A DNA stretch of 53,902 nt from Meiothermus sp. (GCA_033762915.1 JANRLD010000011.1:1-53902), one strand, 5' to 3'. Counted from the first letter of the stretch, positions 1-10,149 are shown. Numbers and translations are program-made. The notes: generated from the sequence alone by a model not told the origin.

Positions 1-7
1 CCTCGGA

Positions 8-47
8 GGGGGTTCTCCCCCAACCGCGCGGGTGGCGGAGAACCCCC
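8..47 (-). terminator. GC-rich hairpin downstream of the GAPDH gene, possible terminator
   Basis: GGGGGTTCTCC (8-18) pairs perfectly with GGAGAACCCCC (37-47); no clear U-tract. Confidence 0.4.
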
Positions 48-124
48 GACCAGCCACCCTAGCCCCGGCGCGGTGCCAGAGCGTTTCCAGGGCGTGCGCG
101 CGGGTGGGCTGCCCAGGCCTGGCT

Positions 125-1174
125 TCAGACCCCGACCGAGGTCGGCAGGAAGTCGCGCTCCAGGCCCAGCGCCGCGTCGGTGCGGCGGATCGAGGCCATC
201 GCGTCGGTCTCGAGGCCGCTGAGGGCGCGGATGGCATCCACGGTCTCGGGCACCACGATAGCCTGGTTGTAGACCTGGTAGTTGTAGAAGAGTTCGTCGC
301 CCCGCACGGTGAGGCTGTCCTCCCACAGGCCGACCTCCCACATGTCCCCGCGCGGGCGGCCCAGGTCGCTCATCAGCTCGAGGGTGCTGTTGAGGGCCAC
401 CAGGCCGTCGCCCTGACGCAGGAAGGCGATGCGCGGGGCCTGGCGGAAGGCTTCCAGCACCTCCTCCTTGCTGGCCGCGCGGGTCAGCTCCACGCTCCAG
501 GCGTGCAGGTGGCTGGTGGTGTGGGCCGCCACCACCGCGATGGTCATCACGTCCAGGTCAGGTAAAACCGTTTGGGCATCCGGCCCTTGGTGGCTGGGGA
601 TGTCCCGCTCCGGCACCACTGTGTTCATGACTCCGCCGTGGTCGGACTCCCAGGGGTCGGTGGCCCGGCGGATCAGCACCCCACGGGCCTTCTTGAGCAG
701 CCCGGCGGCGTTCAGGGCCCCCAAGGTGCGCACGATACTGGTGGTGTTGCAGGAGACCACGCGGGTGGAGTCCCGACCGAGGGCGGTGGCGTAGTTGGCC
801 TGGGCCACGAAAGAGTGCCCGGTGAGGCTGTGCTTCTCGCCACCCTGAAAGACCGACTTGATCCCCAGCGCCCGGTACCGTTCGTAGTTGAGCGGGGCCA
901 CCTTCTTAGGGGTGGCATCGGCCACCACATCCACCTGGCCCAACAGGCTGTCCAGGCTGCCCGACACCCTGATGCCAGCCACGGTCATTGTGCTGGCGGC
1001 CTCTGGGGTGGAGGCGAACACCCGGTAGCCCTTCTGCTCGGCCACCCGGACGCGCCAGTCGCTTACCACGTCGGCCACGCCCACCAGTTCCATATCCTCT
1101 TGCAGCGCCACCGCGTCCGCGATGCGCTTGCCGATAACCCCGTATCCGTTGATGGCTACCCGTATTTTTCCCAT
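125..1174 (-). CDS. gap: Type II (archaeal-type) glyceraldehyde-3-phosphate dehydrogenase
   Basis: N-terminal INGYGVIGKRIADAV Rossmann motif, VVSCNTT catalytic Cys, FQGGEKH, SHQGPD and IVVPETVDAIRA motifs typical of the archaeal-type family; AGGAGG RBS. Confidence 0.92.
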   Translation of the reverse strand: MGKIRVAINGYGVIGKRIADAVALQEDMELVGVADVVSDWRVRVAEQKGYRVFASTPEAASTMTVAGIRVSGSLDSLLGQVDVVADATPKKVAPLNYERYRALGIKSVFQGGEKHSLTGHSFVAQANYATALGRDSTRVVSCNTTSIVRTLGALNAAGLLKKARGVLIRRATDPWESDHGGVMNTVVPERDIPSHQGPDAQTVLPDLDVMTIAVVAAHTTSHLHAWSVELTRAASKEEVLEAFRQAPRIAFLRQGDGLVALNSTLELMSDLGRPRGDMWEVGLWEDSLTVRGDELFYNYQVYNQAIVVPETVDAIRALSGLETDAMASIRRTDAALGLERDFLPTSVGV

Positions 1175-1244
1175 GATTACCTCCTGTTAAACCCACAACT
1201 TGGCGCTGTTGCTCGCCCTCGTGAATCTGTCCGCAACGCGTGGC

Positions 1245-2135
1245 TCACGGCCCCGGCAGGGAGTTGCTCGGCCTCGAGGCTTTATCCTGTTCCTCCAAGC
1301 CCAGCACCAACAGCCCTGTGCTCACCAGGATCAGCCCGCCGACTTGCACCCAGAACACCCGCTCGCCCAGAAAGGCCACCGCCAGCCCTAGGCCGATGAC
1401 CGGCACCAAGAAAAACCACTGGGATAGACGGCTCACCTCTGAGCCCTGTATCAGCCAATACCAGCCAGCCGTCACGAAGGCCGTGCCCGCTAAAGCCAGC
1501 ACCAGCAAGACGGCGGAAAACTCCGCCGTCCAGCGGATGGCCTGTCCCCGCTCGAAGGCCAGAGAGGCCAGCAACAGCGGCAGGCTCCCCAGCAGCAGTT
1601 GCCAGGCCGTCAGGGCGAGCAGGCTCGCCCCAGGGTTGGCCCGCTTGATCACCACGCTGCCCACCGCGAAGGCCGCCGAGGAGGCCAGGGCCAGCAGTGC
1701 TCCCAGAAGGCCGGTGCCGCTGGGGGAGAGCAGGGCCGGATAGGCCAGCAGGGTGACCCCGCCCAGACCCGATAGCAGGGCTAGAACCTTGCCCCAGGTC
1801 AGGCGCTCGGCCAGCAGCCAGGCCGCCAACAGGGTCACCAGCAAGGGCTGGGAGTTGCCCAGCACGGTGGCGACACCGGCCTCGGTGAGCTTGGGGCTGA
1901 TGAACATCAGGCCGTAGCCCGCCGCGCTAGAGGCCACTGCCAGCAGCAGCAGCAGCCCCCACAAGCGGCGGGGGGGCAGTGCAAGTGAACCTGCCAGCGG
2001 CAGCAGGGCCGCGCCAGCCAGCAGCAGACGCAGCCCGGCAAAGCGCAAGGGCGGGGCATAGGCCAGACCGATCTTGATCAGCACGAAGCAGGCGGCGGTC
2101 GCCAGCATGATGCCCAGCAAGGTCAGAACCCGCAC
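1245..2135 (-). CDS. DMT/EamA family transporter
   Basis: About 10 hydrophobic segments in two repeats; PPLRFAGLR, QPLLVTLLA..LLAE, FLGE motifs. Confidence 0.85.
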   Translation of the reverse strand: MRVLTLLGIMLATAACFVLIKIGLAYAPPLRFAGLRLLLAGAALLPLAGSLALPPRRLWGLLLLLAVASSAAGYGLMFISPKLTEAGVATVLGNSQPLLVTLLAAWLLAERLTWGKVLALLSGLGGVTLLAYPALLSPSGTGLLGALLALASSAAFAVGSVVIKRANPGASLLALTAWQLLLGSLPLLLASLAFERGQAIRWTAEFSAVLLVLALAGTAFVTAGWYWLIQGSEVSRLSQWFFLVPVIGLGLAVAFLGERVFWVQVGGLILVSTGLLVLGLEEQDKASRPSNSLPGP

Positions 2136-2174
2136 TTGGGTTGGATGAAGCCGCCCGAGGGTTATGGCTGGCTC

Positions 2175-2354
2175 CTAGTGATGATGCCCTTGGTCTTGGT
2201 GGGCCGGAGTCGCGTACTTCGACGGCTCGGCCCGGAAAGCCTTCTCGCAGCCTTCGCCGCAGAAGTAGTAGGTCTGGCCCTGGTACTCTAGCTTGCCAGC
2301 GGCCTCCTCGGGTTCGATTTGCATTCCGCATACGGGGTCGGTTACCTTGCTCAT
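2175..2354 (-). CDS. YHS domain protein (59 aa, not in the supplied ORF track)
   Basis: Manual translation MSKVTDPVCGMQIEPEEAAGKLEYQGQTYYFCGEGCEKAFRAEPSKYATPAHQDQGHHH; GGAGG RBS upstream. Confidence 0.9.
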   Translation of the reverse strand: MSKVTDPVCGMQIEPEEAAGKLEYQGQTYYFCGEGCEKAFRAEPSKYATPAHQDQGHHH

Positions 2355-2405
2355 ATTTCCTCCTATTGCCCACGCGCCGATTGGCGCGACAAGCCAAACC
2401 AGAAC

Positions 2406-4671
2406 TCAAACCACCTGCACGTTTTGCGTCTCTCCTTGGCAGCAGCGCCCCTGCCCGCCGCAGTCCGGCTGGGTACAGCGGAAGCGGAAATAGAGGGTTC
2501 CTTCGGGGAAGGGGCCGAGGCCGATTTGGTAGCGCCGCACCCCGGCCATCACCCCGCCCAACGGGACCAAAGGGGCCTCGTTCGGCGGGGCGGTGTCGCC
2601 CCACCAGGTGAGGAGGCCGGGGCAGTTGGTCTGTACGGTGAGTCGGTCGCTGTTCTGAATGCTGGGGACGGGACGGGTGAAGCTCCAGACCACCGTGCGT
2701 CGCACCAGGTAGCGCTCCAGTGCTTGGGGCACCTCCAACCCCAGCGCACGGTAGACGTTGGACAGGTGGGTGCGAAACAACCGGTCGAACTGGGCATCGT
2801 TGCCGGAGTCTTGGTCGTCGCCGAACCACCAGAACCAGTCCGAGCCTTGGGCGGCGTACAGCGCCTCGAACGACTTGGGGTTGGACTGCGGCGTGGCCCC
2901 GGATCGCTCGAGCGCCTCCCGTGCCTCCAGCAGCAGTTCCCAAGCCCGGTTCTCCTCCACTTCGCCGACCCAGGTGCCCAGGTCGGCTCCCGGCAGGGAG
3001 CCGTTCTCGTCAATCCAGGAGCCGGCGAAGAGGTCGTAGACCTTGGCCTGATCTACGGTCGGGTGCGGGGCGATGCCACGGTCGGGGTTGCCCTCCAGGT
3101 ACTCGCCGAAGGTCACAGTCTGCACCTCGGTGTCCTCCGCCAGCAGCCCGTAGAGCGCGTGCAGGAAGGGCCGCGCGTCCTCGCAGTAGGCCCCCCCAGG
3201 CGTTCTCCCCGTCCAGGATCACGCTCAAGACACGATCCTGGTCGTCCCTGAAACGGCGGGCGAAGCGCCCCTTGATCTCGTCCAGGAAGGCCCTCGCCAC
3301 CGGCAGGAAGTCCTTGCATCCCTGGTAGCGAAAGCCGATGTTGTCAGAGAGCGGGGTGTCGCGGAAGAACACGCTGAGAGCGTACTCCCCCTCCTCGGCC
3401 CGGTAGGGCTGGGCCAGCACCTCGGGGTCGCAGGGGTCGTAGCCGTACCGCCCGCTGCGGGCGAGCACCCCCTGGTCGGTGGCGATCCAGCGCACCCCGG
3501 CCCCGGCGAACAGGGGAACCACGTACTGGGCCACTGCGCCCTCGGCGGGCCACATCCCCCTGGGGGGCTGCCCGAAGTACCGCGTGTAGTCGGAAATGGC
3601 CTGCTCCACCTGGGCCAAGGCATCCTGCGGGTAGGCGAAGCGGCGGGGCAGGGTAGCGCCGGGGCGATCCAGGGTGGCCCGGTCGCTGTCGGCCAGCAGC
3701 GGCAGGATGGGGTGGTAGAAGGGGGTGGTGGAGACCTCGAGCTGACCCCGGTCTTGCAGCTTGCGGTGCAGCGGGACCACCGCCCGCATGACCTTGTACT
3801 GTTCGGCGATCATGGCCTCGAGGTCGTCGTGGCTGAAGCCCCGATCTTGCTCCACCCAGCGCCGCACCGAGGCGCGCTCGCCGGTCACCAACGCAACCTC
3901 GCCTTCACGGAACTCTAGCCCGAACCAGCTCAGGTTGAACCACATCTGGAGGTCGCGCAGGTCTTGGGCGCTGAAAGCCGCCTGGTTGGCCCGCTGCTCG
4001 AGGAGTTCCTTGTAGCGCGGGTGGGGATAAATCTGGTGGTGCCAGTCGGCATCGAAGAAGCGCTCCAGCAGGTAGGCCCGCTCCTCGTCGGTTAGAGCCT
4101 CGGCCGGGGTGCTGGTCAGTTCCAGCGCCCGGTCGGTGGCCCCCCGCAGGAGGTAGTCCTCGAGCTGCCACAGCAACACCGGGGTCAGGTTGAAGGTCAG
4201 GTGAACCTCGGGGTGCTGGGCGGCCAGAGCCGCCATCGGGTAGTAGTCGCGCAGGGCGTGCAGCCGCACCCAGGGCTGGAGATAGCTGCCCTTGGGGCTT
4301 TCTTGGGCGCTGTCTTTGTAGAGCGGCTGGTGCTGGTGCCACAGCAGAGCCAGATAGAGCTTTGGGCCGACCTTAAAGCCTGTCTGCGGCCCGGCGGCTT
4401 CCCCGCCGGGAAAGGTGCCCACCACCCGGTAGCGCACCTCGTCGCCCTTGGCGAATGGCCCCAGTTCGGCCTGCCAGTAGCTGTTGTGGCCCTGGTTGCG
4501 CTGCCACCGGGCGGCCACGGTCTGCGGGGGCAGGTCTGCCACCCGGTACTCCACCCCCACGGCTTGTCCGACCTCTATGGGCCAGGTGCCGATGGTCAAC
4601 ATCACCCGTTCGCCGGGACTAACCCGGCGAGGGGTGCGGGGGGTGTCGGGGTATAGGTGCCAGAGGTTCAT
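2406..4671 (-). pseudogene. Glycoside hydrolase family 57 (amylopullulanase-like), split by a +1 frameshift in a G7 run
   Basis: GH57 motifs WHQHQP, WVRLHA, HPILPL, GMWPAEG, LDGENAW in ORF 3010-4671 and SWI, GSDWFWWFG in ORF 2406-3125; removing one C from 3191-3197 gives the continuous ENAWGAYCEDARPFLHALY. Confidence 0.85.
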
Positions 4672-4710
4672 GGGAATCTAATCCTTCCAGGGTGTCGTCG
4701 TTGGTTCGGC

Positions 4711-5040
4711 CTAATGGCAGCCCCGGTGCGGCCTGGACTCGGCCTGGGCCGTTTCGGTCTGCCGCTTGGTTTCAAACCCGGCTTTGTAGGTTTCGGCTTT
4801 GCTCGGCTGGCGCGGTGAGGAGTCAGGGCGATGTTGGTGGGCCTCCTGGCCCGGACGGGGTTGGGTGTCGCGGTCATGGGTGTGTCCACCGTGTCCGCCG
4901 TGCCCCCCCAGGTGCATCAGCATCATGCCGCCGAAGAGCAAGAACGGCAGGCTGGTGGGGTACAGTAGGTAAATCGCTGCCCCCCCCGCGAGCGCCAAAA
5001 TCCATCCGTAGCGAGCCAGAAAACCTTGGGTGTTTTTCAT
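4711..5040 (-). CDS. Small His-rich membrane protein, DUF2933-like
   Basis: Two hydrophobic helices then MMLMHLGGHGGHGGH; start moved to the ATG at 5040 after AGGAG/AAGGGA. Confidence 0.7.
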   Translation of the reverse strand: MKNTQGFLARYGWILALAGGAAIYLLYPTSLPFLLFGGMMLMHLGGHGGHGGHTHDRDTQPRPGQEAHQHRPDSSPRQPSKAETYKAGFETKRQTETAQAESRPHRGCH

Positions 5041-5100
5041 ATCCCTTCTCCTTATGACCTCAGGGGTCATGTTCAGAGGTGTCCAGTGTGGTGCTGCCGG

Positions 5101-5117
5101 GTTAAGTTCTTGTAAAG
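5101..5117 (-). promoter_or_regulatory. OmpR-type direct-repeat box, copy 1
   Basis: CTTTACAAGAACTTAACC, then 9 nt, then CACACT -10-like hexamer; 17-bp core identical to 28392-28408. Confidence 0.65.
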
Positions 5118-5185
5118 CCTGGGTCGGGTTGTCCGATCCCACCGTTTGCTTATCAACAGAGCCTCCCCATGTACCGAGAGTTTAG

Positions 5186-5205
5186 CCCACCCCACCTGGG
5201 GTGGA
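5186..5205. promoter_or_regulatory. CsoR-type C/G-tract palindromic operator, copy 1
   Basis: CCCACCCCACCTGGGGTGGA; near-identical copies at 10744, 28275 and 34599. Confidence 0.7.
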
Positions 5206-5599
5206 TAGGGGCATATATCCTGTTGGCGGTGAACGCGGTCAGGACAGGGGTTTATCGCCGGTCACGCCTGACCCGACAAACCCCCCTACCCAGCCTGACC
5301 CACGCCACCTCACAAAAGTCGTGGGGGGTTCCAGGATTACTTCCTGCCAGCCTCTGCCTTAACTGCGTATTTCGGCGGCATCTGAGCCATGAATTCAATT
5401 TCACTCGAGGCGCGATTTTAAATAGGTCGAGCTGGGATTTAACCACTCGGACAATGCGAGAAAGGTACGACCCCGGCAAGACAACCCCTTTCTGCGATTT
5501 GAACAGACGAAATCCAGCCTATTCGGCGGGCGGTGCTCGAGTGCAAGCGGAGTGGGCGTATCGTGTCTAGTCAAGCCGATTCATTGTGCCCCCAGCAAG

Positions 5600-7789
5600 C
5601 TAGGGCGACTTACCGGAACCCCATTCATCAACAGCCGTCTGCGCCTCCGGCTTTGCGCGGTCCGCAATCCGCTCGACCCGGCAGCGGGTGCCGTTGAATA
5701 CCGGCATGCCGCTGAAGCGGTCGAGGGCGCGGTCGTCGTGCAGAAAGTTGACGTTGACCCCAGGGTGGCTGCGGCTGACCCGCATCCCGCTCTCGTAGGT
5801 GTGCCCCCAGAACTGCTGGATGGCGACGACCCCCGACCGAATGTCGGGTGAGATGCGGGCCTCGATCTCGATGGAACCGGTTGGGGAGGTCACCCTGACC
5901 CGCTCACCCTCCGCGACACCCAGGCGGGCGGCATCAGCCTCGCTCAGGGTGGCCCAGTTGCCTTTGAGCTTGTCCATCAGGGCCGGGATGTTGTGGGTCC
6001 AGGAGTTGAAGCTGGCCGTCCGCCTTGCCCCGGAGATGAGCAGGAGGGGGAAGTCGGGGGTGGGGTCGGGCGGGGTTTGCAGGGCCTCACGCAGCGCCTG
6101 GACGAACTCCTCGGGAGCCAGGTGCAGTTTGCCGTCGGGGGTGTGCAGCCCCCGCCCCAGCAACCCGCCGTAGCGCACCTCCCCCAGCTTGATGCCGCCC
6201 GGCGTGCGTTTCAGCCGCCCCAGGTTGAGCTTGCCCAGCAGCAGGTACTGGAACAACAGGTCTTCACTAAAGCCGATGCCCAGGCCGTCCAGGAGTCGGG
6301 CTGCGCTGTCAACGAGGGGGTCGTTGAGGAAAGGAACCCCGGCCGCGCGGGAGAGGTCTTTGAAGATGCGCCACTCGCTCCTGGCCTCACCCCTGGTCTC
6401 GACCACCTTGGGCTTCCACTCGGCGTAGGGATAGGGCTCGAAGTTGGTGGTGAGGAAGTGCCAGGTTCCCTTCTCGAACAGCGTCGCGGCTGGTAGGGCG
6501 TAGTGGGCGAAACTGGCGGTGTCCGAGGGGTAGATGTCCACGCAAACCAGCAACTCCAGCCGCCGCAGGGCGGCCTCGATCTTGGCCGTGTTGGGGAAGC
6601 TCAGGACGGGGTTGCCCGCTACCACAACCAGAGCGCGGATGCGCCCTGGGTCGTCGGAGAGCACGTCGTCCGCCAGGACGCTGGCCGGGGGGCCGCCGAA
6701 GATCTGTGGGTAGCCGCCGACCCGCGAGGGCGCGGGGTTGCGCCGCCGGGTGAAGCGCTCGATCAGCTTGGGGATGTCCAGCACCCCAGGGTTGAAGTAC
6801 AGCCCGCCGGGCCGGTCAATGTTGCCGGTGATGGCGTTGAGGGTCATCACCGCCCACTCGGTGAGGGTGGTGTTGTGTCCGGTCTGCACCCCGACGCGGG
6901 TGGTGGCGAAGGCCCCGTCCGCCCCGGCGAACTCATCGGCCAGGCTTTCGATCTGCGCCTGGGGGATGCCGGTGCGCTCGAGCAGGGGTTCGAGTTGCAG
7001 GCTCTGGGCCAGCTCGAGCCAGGGCTCGAGGCCGGTCGCGTAGCGCCGAAGGTAGTCGCTCTGGTATCGCCCAGAGCGCAGGATGCGCTGAATCATGCCC
7101 AGCAGCAAGAACAAGTCGGTGCCCGGTCGGATGGGTAGGTGCAAGTCGGCGATCCGAGCCGTCTCGGTGCGGCGGGGGTCTACCACCACCACCTTGCCCC
7201 CCCGGCGGCGAATTCCCTGCAAGTCGGCGCTGATGCGGGGCCGGCGCTGCAACAGGCTCATGCCGTTGGTCACCAGGGGGTTGGTTCCCAAGAGCAGGGC
7301 GAAGTGGGCGCGGCTGGGGTCGGGTTGTAGGATCAGGTTCTCGTTGCCCAGTACGCGCCGCGCCACCGCGCCCCGGTCGGTGTACTCCAGCGAAAGTACG
7401 TTGAAGGAGTTGGATGAGCCGAAACCCTGGCAGAAGGTGTTGGTCAGGGTGATGCTCAGGCTGTCGGCGGCGTTGCCCCAGTAGGTGGCGACGGAAGCTG
7501 GGCCGTGCTGCGCCCGGATCGCCCGCAGCTTCTGGCCGATCTCGGCGGTGGCCCGCTCCCAGGAGAGCCGCTCCCAGCCCGCCGACCCCCGCCGCAGCGG
7601 GTGGAGCAGGCGGTCGGGGTCGTTCTGGTAGTCCTGCACGTGCATCCCCTTGATGCAAGCGTAGCCCTTAGTGACGGGATGATCGGGGTCAGGGCGCACC
7701 CGCAGCATCTGACCGCCCTCGACTTCGACCTCGAGCCCGCAGAAAGGCTCGCAGGCCCCGACCTTGCAGGTGGTTCGGTAGGTGGGCAT
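5600..7789 (-). CDS. Molybdopterin-dependent oxidoreductase (DMSO reductase superfamily), cytoplasmic
   Basis: N-terminal Fe-S motif CKVGACEPFCG..ACIKG, VVVDPRRTETA, PIRPGTD, GNIDRPGG, C-terminal molydop-binding domain; TACCAT -10 lies 7 nt before the ATG at 7789. Confidence 0.88.
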   Translation of the reverse strand: MPTYRTTCKVGACEPFCGLEVEVEGGQMLRVRPDPDHPVTKGYACIKGMHVQDYQNDPDRLLHPLRRGSAGWERLSWERATAEIGQKLRAIRAQHGPASVATYWGNAADSLSITLTNTFCQGFGSSNSFNVLSLEYTDRGAVARRVLGNENLILQPDPSRAHFALLLGTNPLVTNGMSLLQRRPRISADLQGIRRRGGKVVVVDPRRTETARIADLHLPIRPGTDLFLLLGMIQRILRSGRYQSDYLRRYATGLEPWLELAQSLQLEPLLERTGIPQAQIESLADEFAGADGAFATTRVGVQTGHNTTLTEWAVMTLNAITGNIDRPGGLYFNPGVLDIPKLIERFTRRRNPAPSRVGGYPQIFGGPPASVLADDVLSDDPGRIRALVVVAGNPVLSFPNTAKIEAALRRLELLVCVDIYPSDTASFAHYALPAATLFEKGTWHFLTTNFEPYPYAEWKPKVVETRGEARSEWRIFKDLSRAAGVPFLNDPLVDSAARLLDGLGIGFSEDLLFQYLLLGKLNLGRLKRTPGGIKLGEVRYGGLLGRGLHTPDGKLHLAPEEFVQALREALQTPPDPTPDFPLLLISGARRTASFNSWTHNIPALMDKLKGNWATLSEADAARLGVAEGERVRVTSPTGSIEIEARISPDIRSGVVAIQQFWGHTYESGMRVSRSHPGVNVNFLHDDRALDRFSGMPVFNGTRCRVERIADRAKPEAQTAVDEWGSGKSP

Positions 7790-7927
7790 GAGCCCCATGG
7801 TAAGCGCCCGGTTCGCCCCCCGGCTTGTACGCAACGGCTGTGGCCGCGGTGGGGGCATAGCAAGAACCGCCCCCGGACTCGGGGGCGGCAAAGGTACTGA
7901 TCGTGGGAAAAACTCTGGCACTAGGGG

Positions 7928-8752
7928 TTAGCGCAGGCTAGCCAGCTTTAACCGCATCTGGTAGACCTCCTGGGCCTGCGAGCGCACGATGTCCGAGGCC
8001 AGCTTGACGATGACCGGGTTCTGGGCTTTTTGCAGGGCCAACGTGGCCATCTCGATGGCTTGCAGGTGGTGGGGGATCATGGCCTGGAGGAAGGCCCGCT
8101 CCGGGCTGACTGGAGCTTGTGGGGCCTGGGCCGTGTTACCGCTAGCCGGGGTTTGCATCATGTTGCCCGAACCGGGGGCCTGCATCATCCCGCCCGCCCC
8201 TTGGTTCGGCATCATCCCGCCCATACCCATTCCCTGGGCCATTCCCTGGGCCATTCCCTGGGTCATCATGCGCTGAGCAGCCAGGTTGGTGCCTCCCAAG
8301 GCTCCCAGCAGGGTGCGCATCTGGCTGATCTCGCGCTCCTGGTCGCGGATGATGGCGTTGGCCCAGCCGCGAATTTGGGGGTCTTGGGTCTTACCCAGCA
8401 CGTCGCGGGCCATCGTCACCGCCGCCCGGTGGTGGGGGATCATCATCGAGAGGAAGGCTTGCTCGAAGGGGGCTCCCTCGAGCATCATCAGCCCCGAGCC
8501 CATCATGCCCATCTGGCCCTGGCCCATCATGCCTTGCATCATCTGCATCATCTGCATCATCTGGGCCATCGGCATCATGCCCTGTTGCCCCATCGGCATC
8601 TGCGCCGTTCCGCTGGGCATCGGCAACAACTGCGCCGGGGTGGCGTTTTGATTCTGTGTCGCGGGGGTGGTATCGGGGTGGTGCGGGTCGGCCTGGGCCA
8701 GCGTGAACCCGACCAGAGCAGTGACCACCAAGAGGGCTAGTTGACGTTTCAT
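7928..8752 (-). CDS. DUF305 / CopM-like exported Met-rich metal-binding protein
   Basis: Signal peptide, two AFL..MIPHH..A..MA repeats, Met/Gln-rich linkers; GAGGTG RBS before the ATG at 8752. Confidence 0.85.
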   Translation of the reverse strand: MKRQLALLVVTALVGFTLAQADPHHPDTTPATQNQNATPAQLLPMPSGTAQMPMGQQGMMPMAQMMQMMQMMQGMMGQGQMGMMGSGLMMLEGAPFEQAFLSMMIPHHRAAVTMARDVLGKTQDPQIRGWANAIIRDQEREISQMRTLLGALGGTNLAAQRMMTQGMAQGMAQGMGMGGMMPNQGAGGMMQAPGSGNMMQTPASGNTAQAPQAPVSPERAFLQAMIPHHLQAIEMATLALQKAQNPVIVKLASDIVRSQAQEVYQMRLKLASLR

Positions 8753-8786
8753 TCTTATCACCTCGAGGGCGAGTCTAGCCCGCCGT

Positions 8787-8817
8787 TGTAAAGTTCCTGT
8801 AAACCCCCCAGGGGTAT
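8787..8817 (-). promoter_or_regulatory. OmpR-type direct-repeat box (copy 2) abutting a weaker CsoR-like C/G tract
   Basis: GTTTACAGGAACTTTACA, 9 nt, then TAGACT -10; adjacent AAACCCCCCAGGGGTAT. Confidence 0.6.
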
Positions 8818-8849
8818 TTGTCCCTTGACACACGGGAAAGCCGCATGGC

Positions 8850-9677
8850 CTAGAGCAGGGCCAAGAACCCCACCGCGATCACCATCAAGCCCAGGCCCAG
8901 TTTGACCTGGCCCCGGTGGGTGATGTGCAGGCGGCTGACGCTTTGCAGCACCGCCCGGCTGCTCCCCACTGCCACCAGCAGCACCAGCGGAAGCACGAAG
9001 GCCAGGTTGTACCAGGTCAGCAGGGTGTAGGCGTAGGGCTTGCTGGAGAGGCTGCCGATCAGGGCGGCCACCGCCAGGTACATGGCCCCGCCGCAGGGGA
9101 TGGTGCAGGTGCCGATCAGCACCCCGCCCACGAAGGCCCCGCCCAGGCCGGTCTTGCGCCCCCACTTGTGGGCCAGCCCGTGCAGCCCGGTGGGCATGGT
9201 CAACCTGACGGGGCTGCCGGGGTAGAAGTATTCCGCTGCCATGATCAGGCCCAGCAAGATGGCGATCAGGCCGGCCAGCCGGGTGAAGAGATGGGAGTTG
9301 CCCAGTAGCTGCAATCCGCTGACCTCGACAAACCCAACCCCCAGTGCGAAGTAGAGCAGGAAGATGCCCAGGATGTAGGCCCCCGCCACCGCCCAGACGT
9401 AGCGCCGGGCCCGGCGCACGTCCTCGAGGTGGCTCGAGCGCTCCACCACCGCCAGCAGCGCCCCCACAAAGAGCAGCAAGGTGGTGATGGCGCAGGGGTT
9501 GATGCCGTCGGCGAACCCCGCCAGGCCGGTCAGGGCCAGGGCGGGCAGGGGGTGGTTTTCCAGCCAAGTGGCGGTGGGCAGGGTGAGCCTGGAGGTCAGG
9601 GCCAGATACCCCCCCAACCCGACCGCCAGCAGGCCCCCTAGGGGGAAGAGCCAAGGGTTTCGACCGACCCGGTTCAT
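8850..9677 (-). CDS. Cytochrome c biogenesis CcdA/DsbD-like membrane protein
   Basis: DGINPCA and CTIPCGG redox Cys motifs within about 7 TM helices. Confidence 0.8.
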   Translation of the reverse strand: MNRVGRNPWLFPLGGLLAVGLGGYLALTSRLTLPTATWLENHPLPALALTGLAGFADGINPCAITTLLLFVGALLAVVERSSHLEDVRRARRYVWAVAGAYILGIFLLYFALGVGFVEVSGLQLLGNSHLFTRLAGLIAILLGLIMAAEYFYPGSPVRLTMPTGLHGLAHKWGRKTGLGGAFVGGVLIGTCTIPCGGAMYLAVAALIGSLSSKPYAYTLLTWYNLAFVLPLVLLVAVGSSRAVLQSVSRLHITHRGQVKLGLGLMVIAVGFLALL

Positions 9678-9678
9678 G

Positions 9679-10113
9679 CTACGCCTCGACGATCACTTTG
9701 CCGCGCATGAAGGGATTATCCTTGCCGCCGCAGCAGATGTCGCAGTAGAAAAGGTACTCCCCAGGCCGGTTCAGGGTGAAGCTGAAGGTGCTGGTCTGTT
9801 TGGGCGGGACGCGCTCCGCTACCCCCTGACCTTCGAGGACGAAATTGTGCCAGCCGCCCCCGTCGCTGTGCAGGGAGTTGTCGAGGTTCACCACGCTGAC
9901 CGTGACTGGCTGGCCCGCTTTCGCGTAGATTACGTTGGGCTGCCAGCCGCCCATGCTGACGCGCAAAACGCTGTCGGCATCGGTCTTCCCAGCCGATTGC
10001 AGGTAGGGCCTGAGGAACAGCGCCCCGGCCAGCAGAACCGCAGCCAGGGCTAGCACGGCGAAAAAGAGGGTTGTGCGACGGGGGGCGGGTTGGGCAGGGC
10101 TGAGCTTGGGCAT
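9679..10113 (-). CDS. Cupredoxin domain protein (membrane-anchored)
   Basis: N-terminal TM; WHNF..., PGEYLFYCDICCGG...M type-1 Cu-like C-terminus. Confidence 0.8.
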   Translation of the reverse strand: MPKLSPAQPAPRRTTLFFAVLALAAVLLAGALFLRPYLQSAGKTDADSVLRVSMGGWQPNVIYAKAGQPVTVSVVNLDNSLHSDGGGWHNFVLEGQGVAERVPPKQTSTFSFTLNRPGEYLFYCDICCGGKDNPFMRGKVIVEA

Positions 10114-10149
10114 AGGGACTCCTCAAGGAGATTCAAGTTCGGGGGCGGT

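Noticed and set aside
5220..5590. Long intergenic regions (also 20620-21120 and 53420-53902) as ncRNA or riboswitch
   Set aside because: No recognisable tRNA, rRNA or riboswitch consensus by eye; an Rfam/Infernal search would be needed
8228..8600. 12-bp and 9-bp tandem repeats
   Set aside because: They encode the Met/Gln-rich linkers (MAQG, MQM) of the DUF305 protein and are not an independent repeat element
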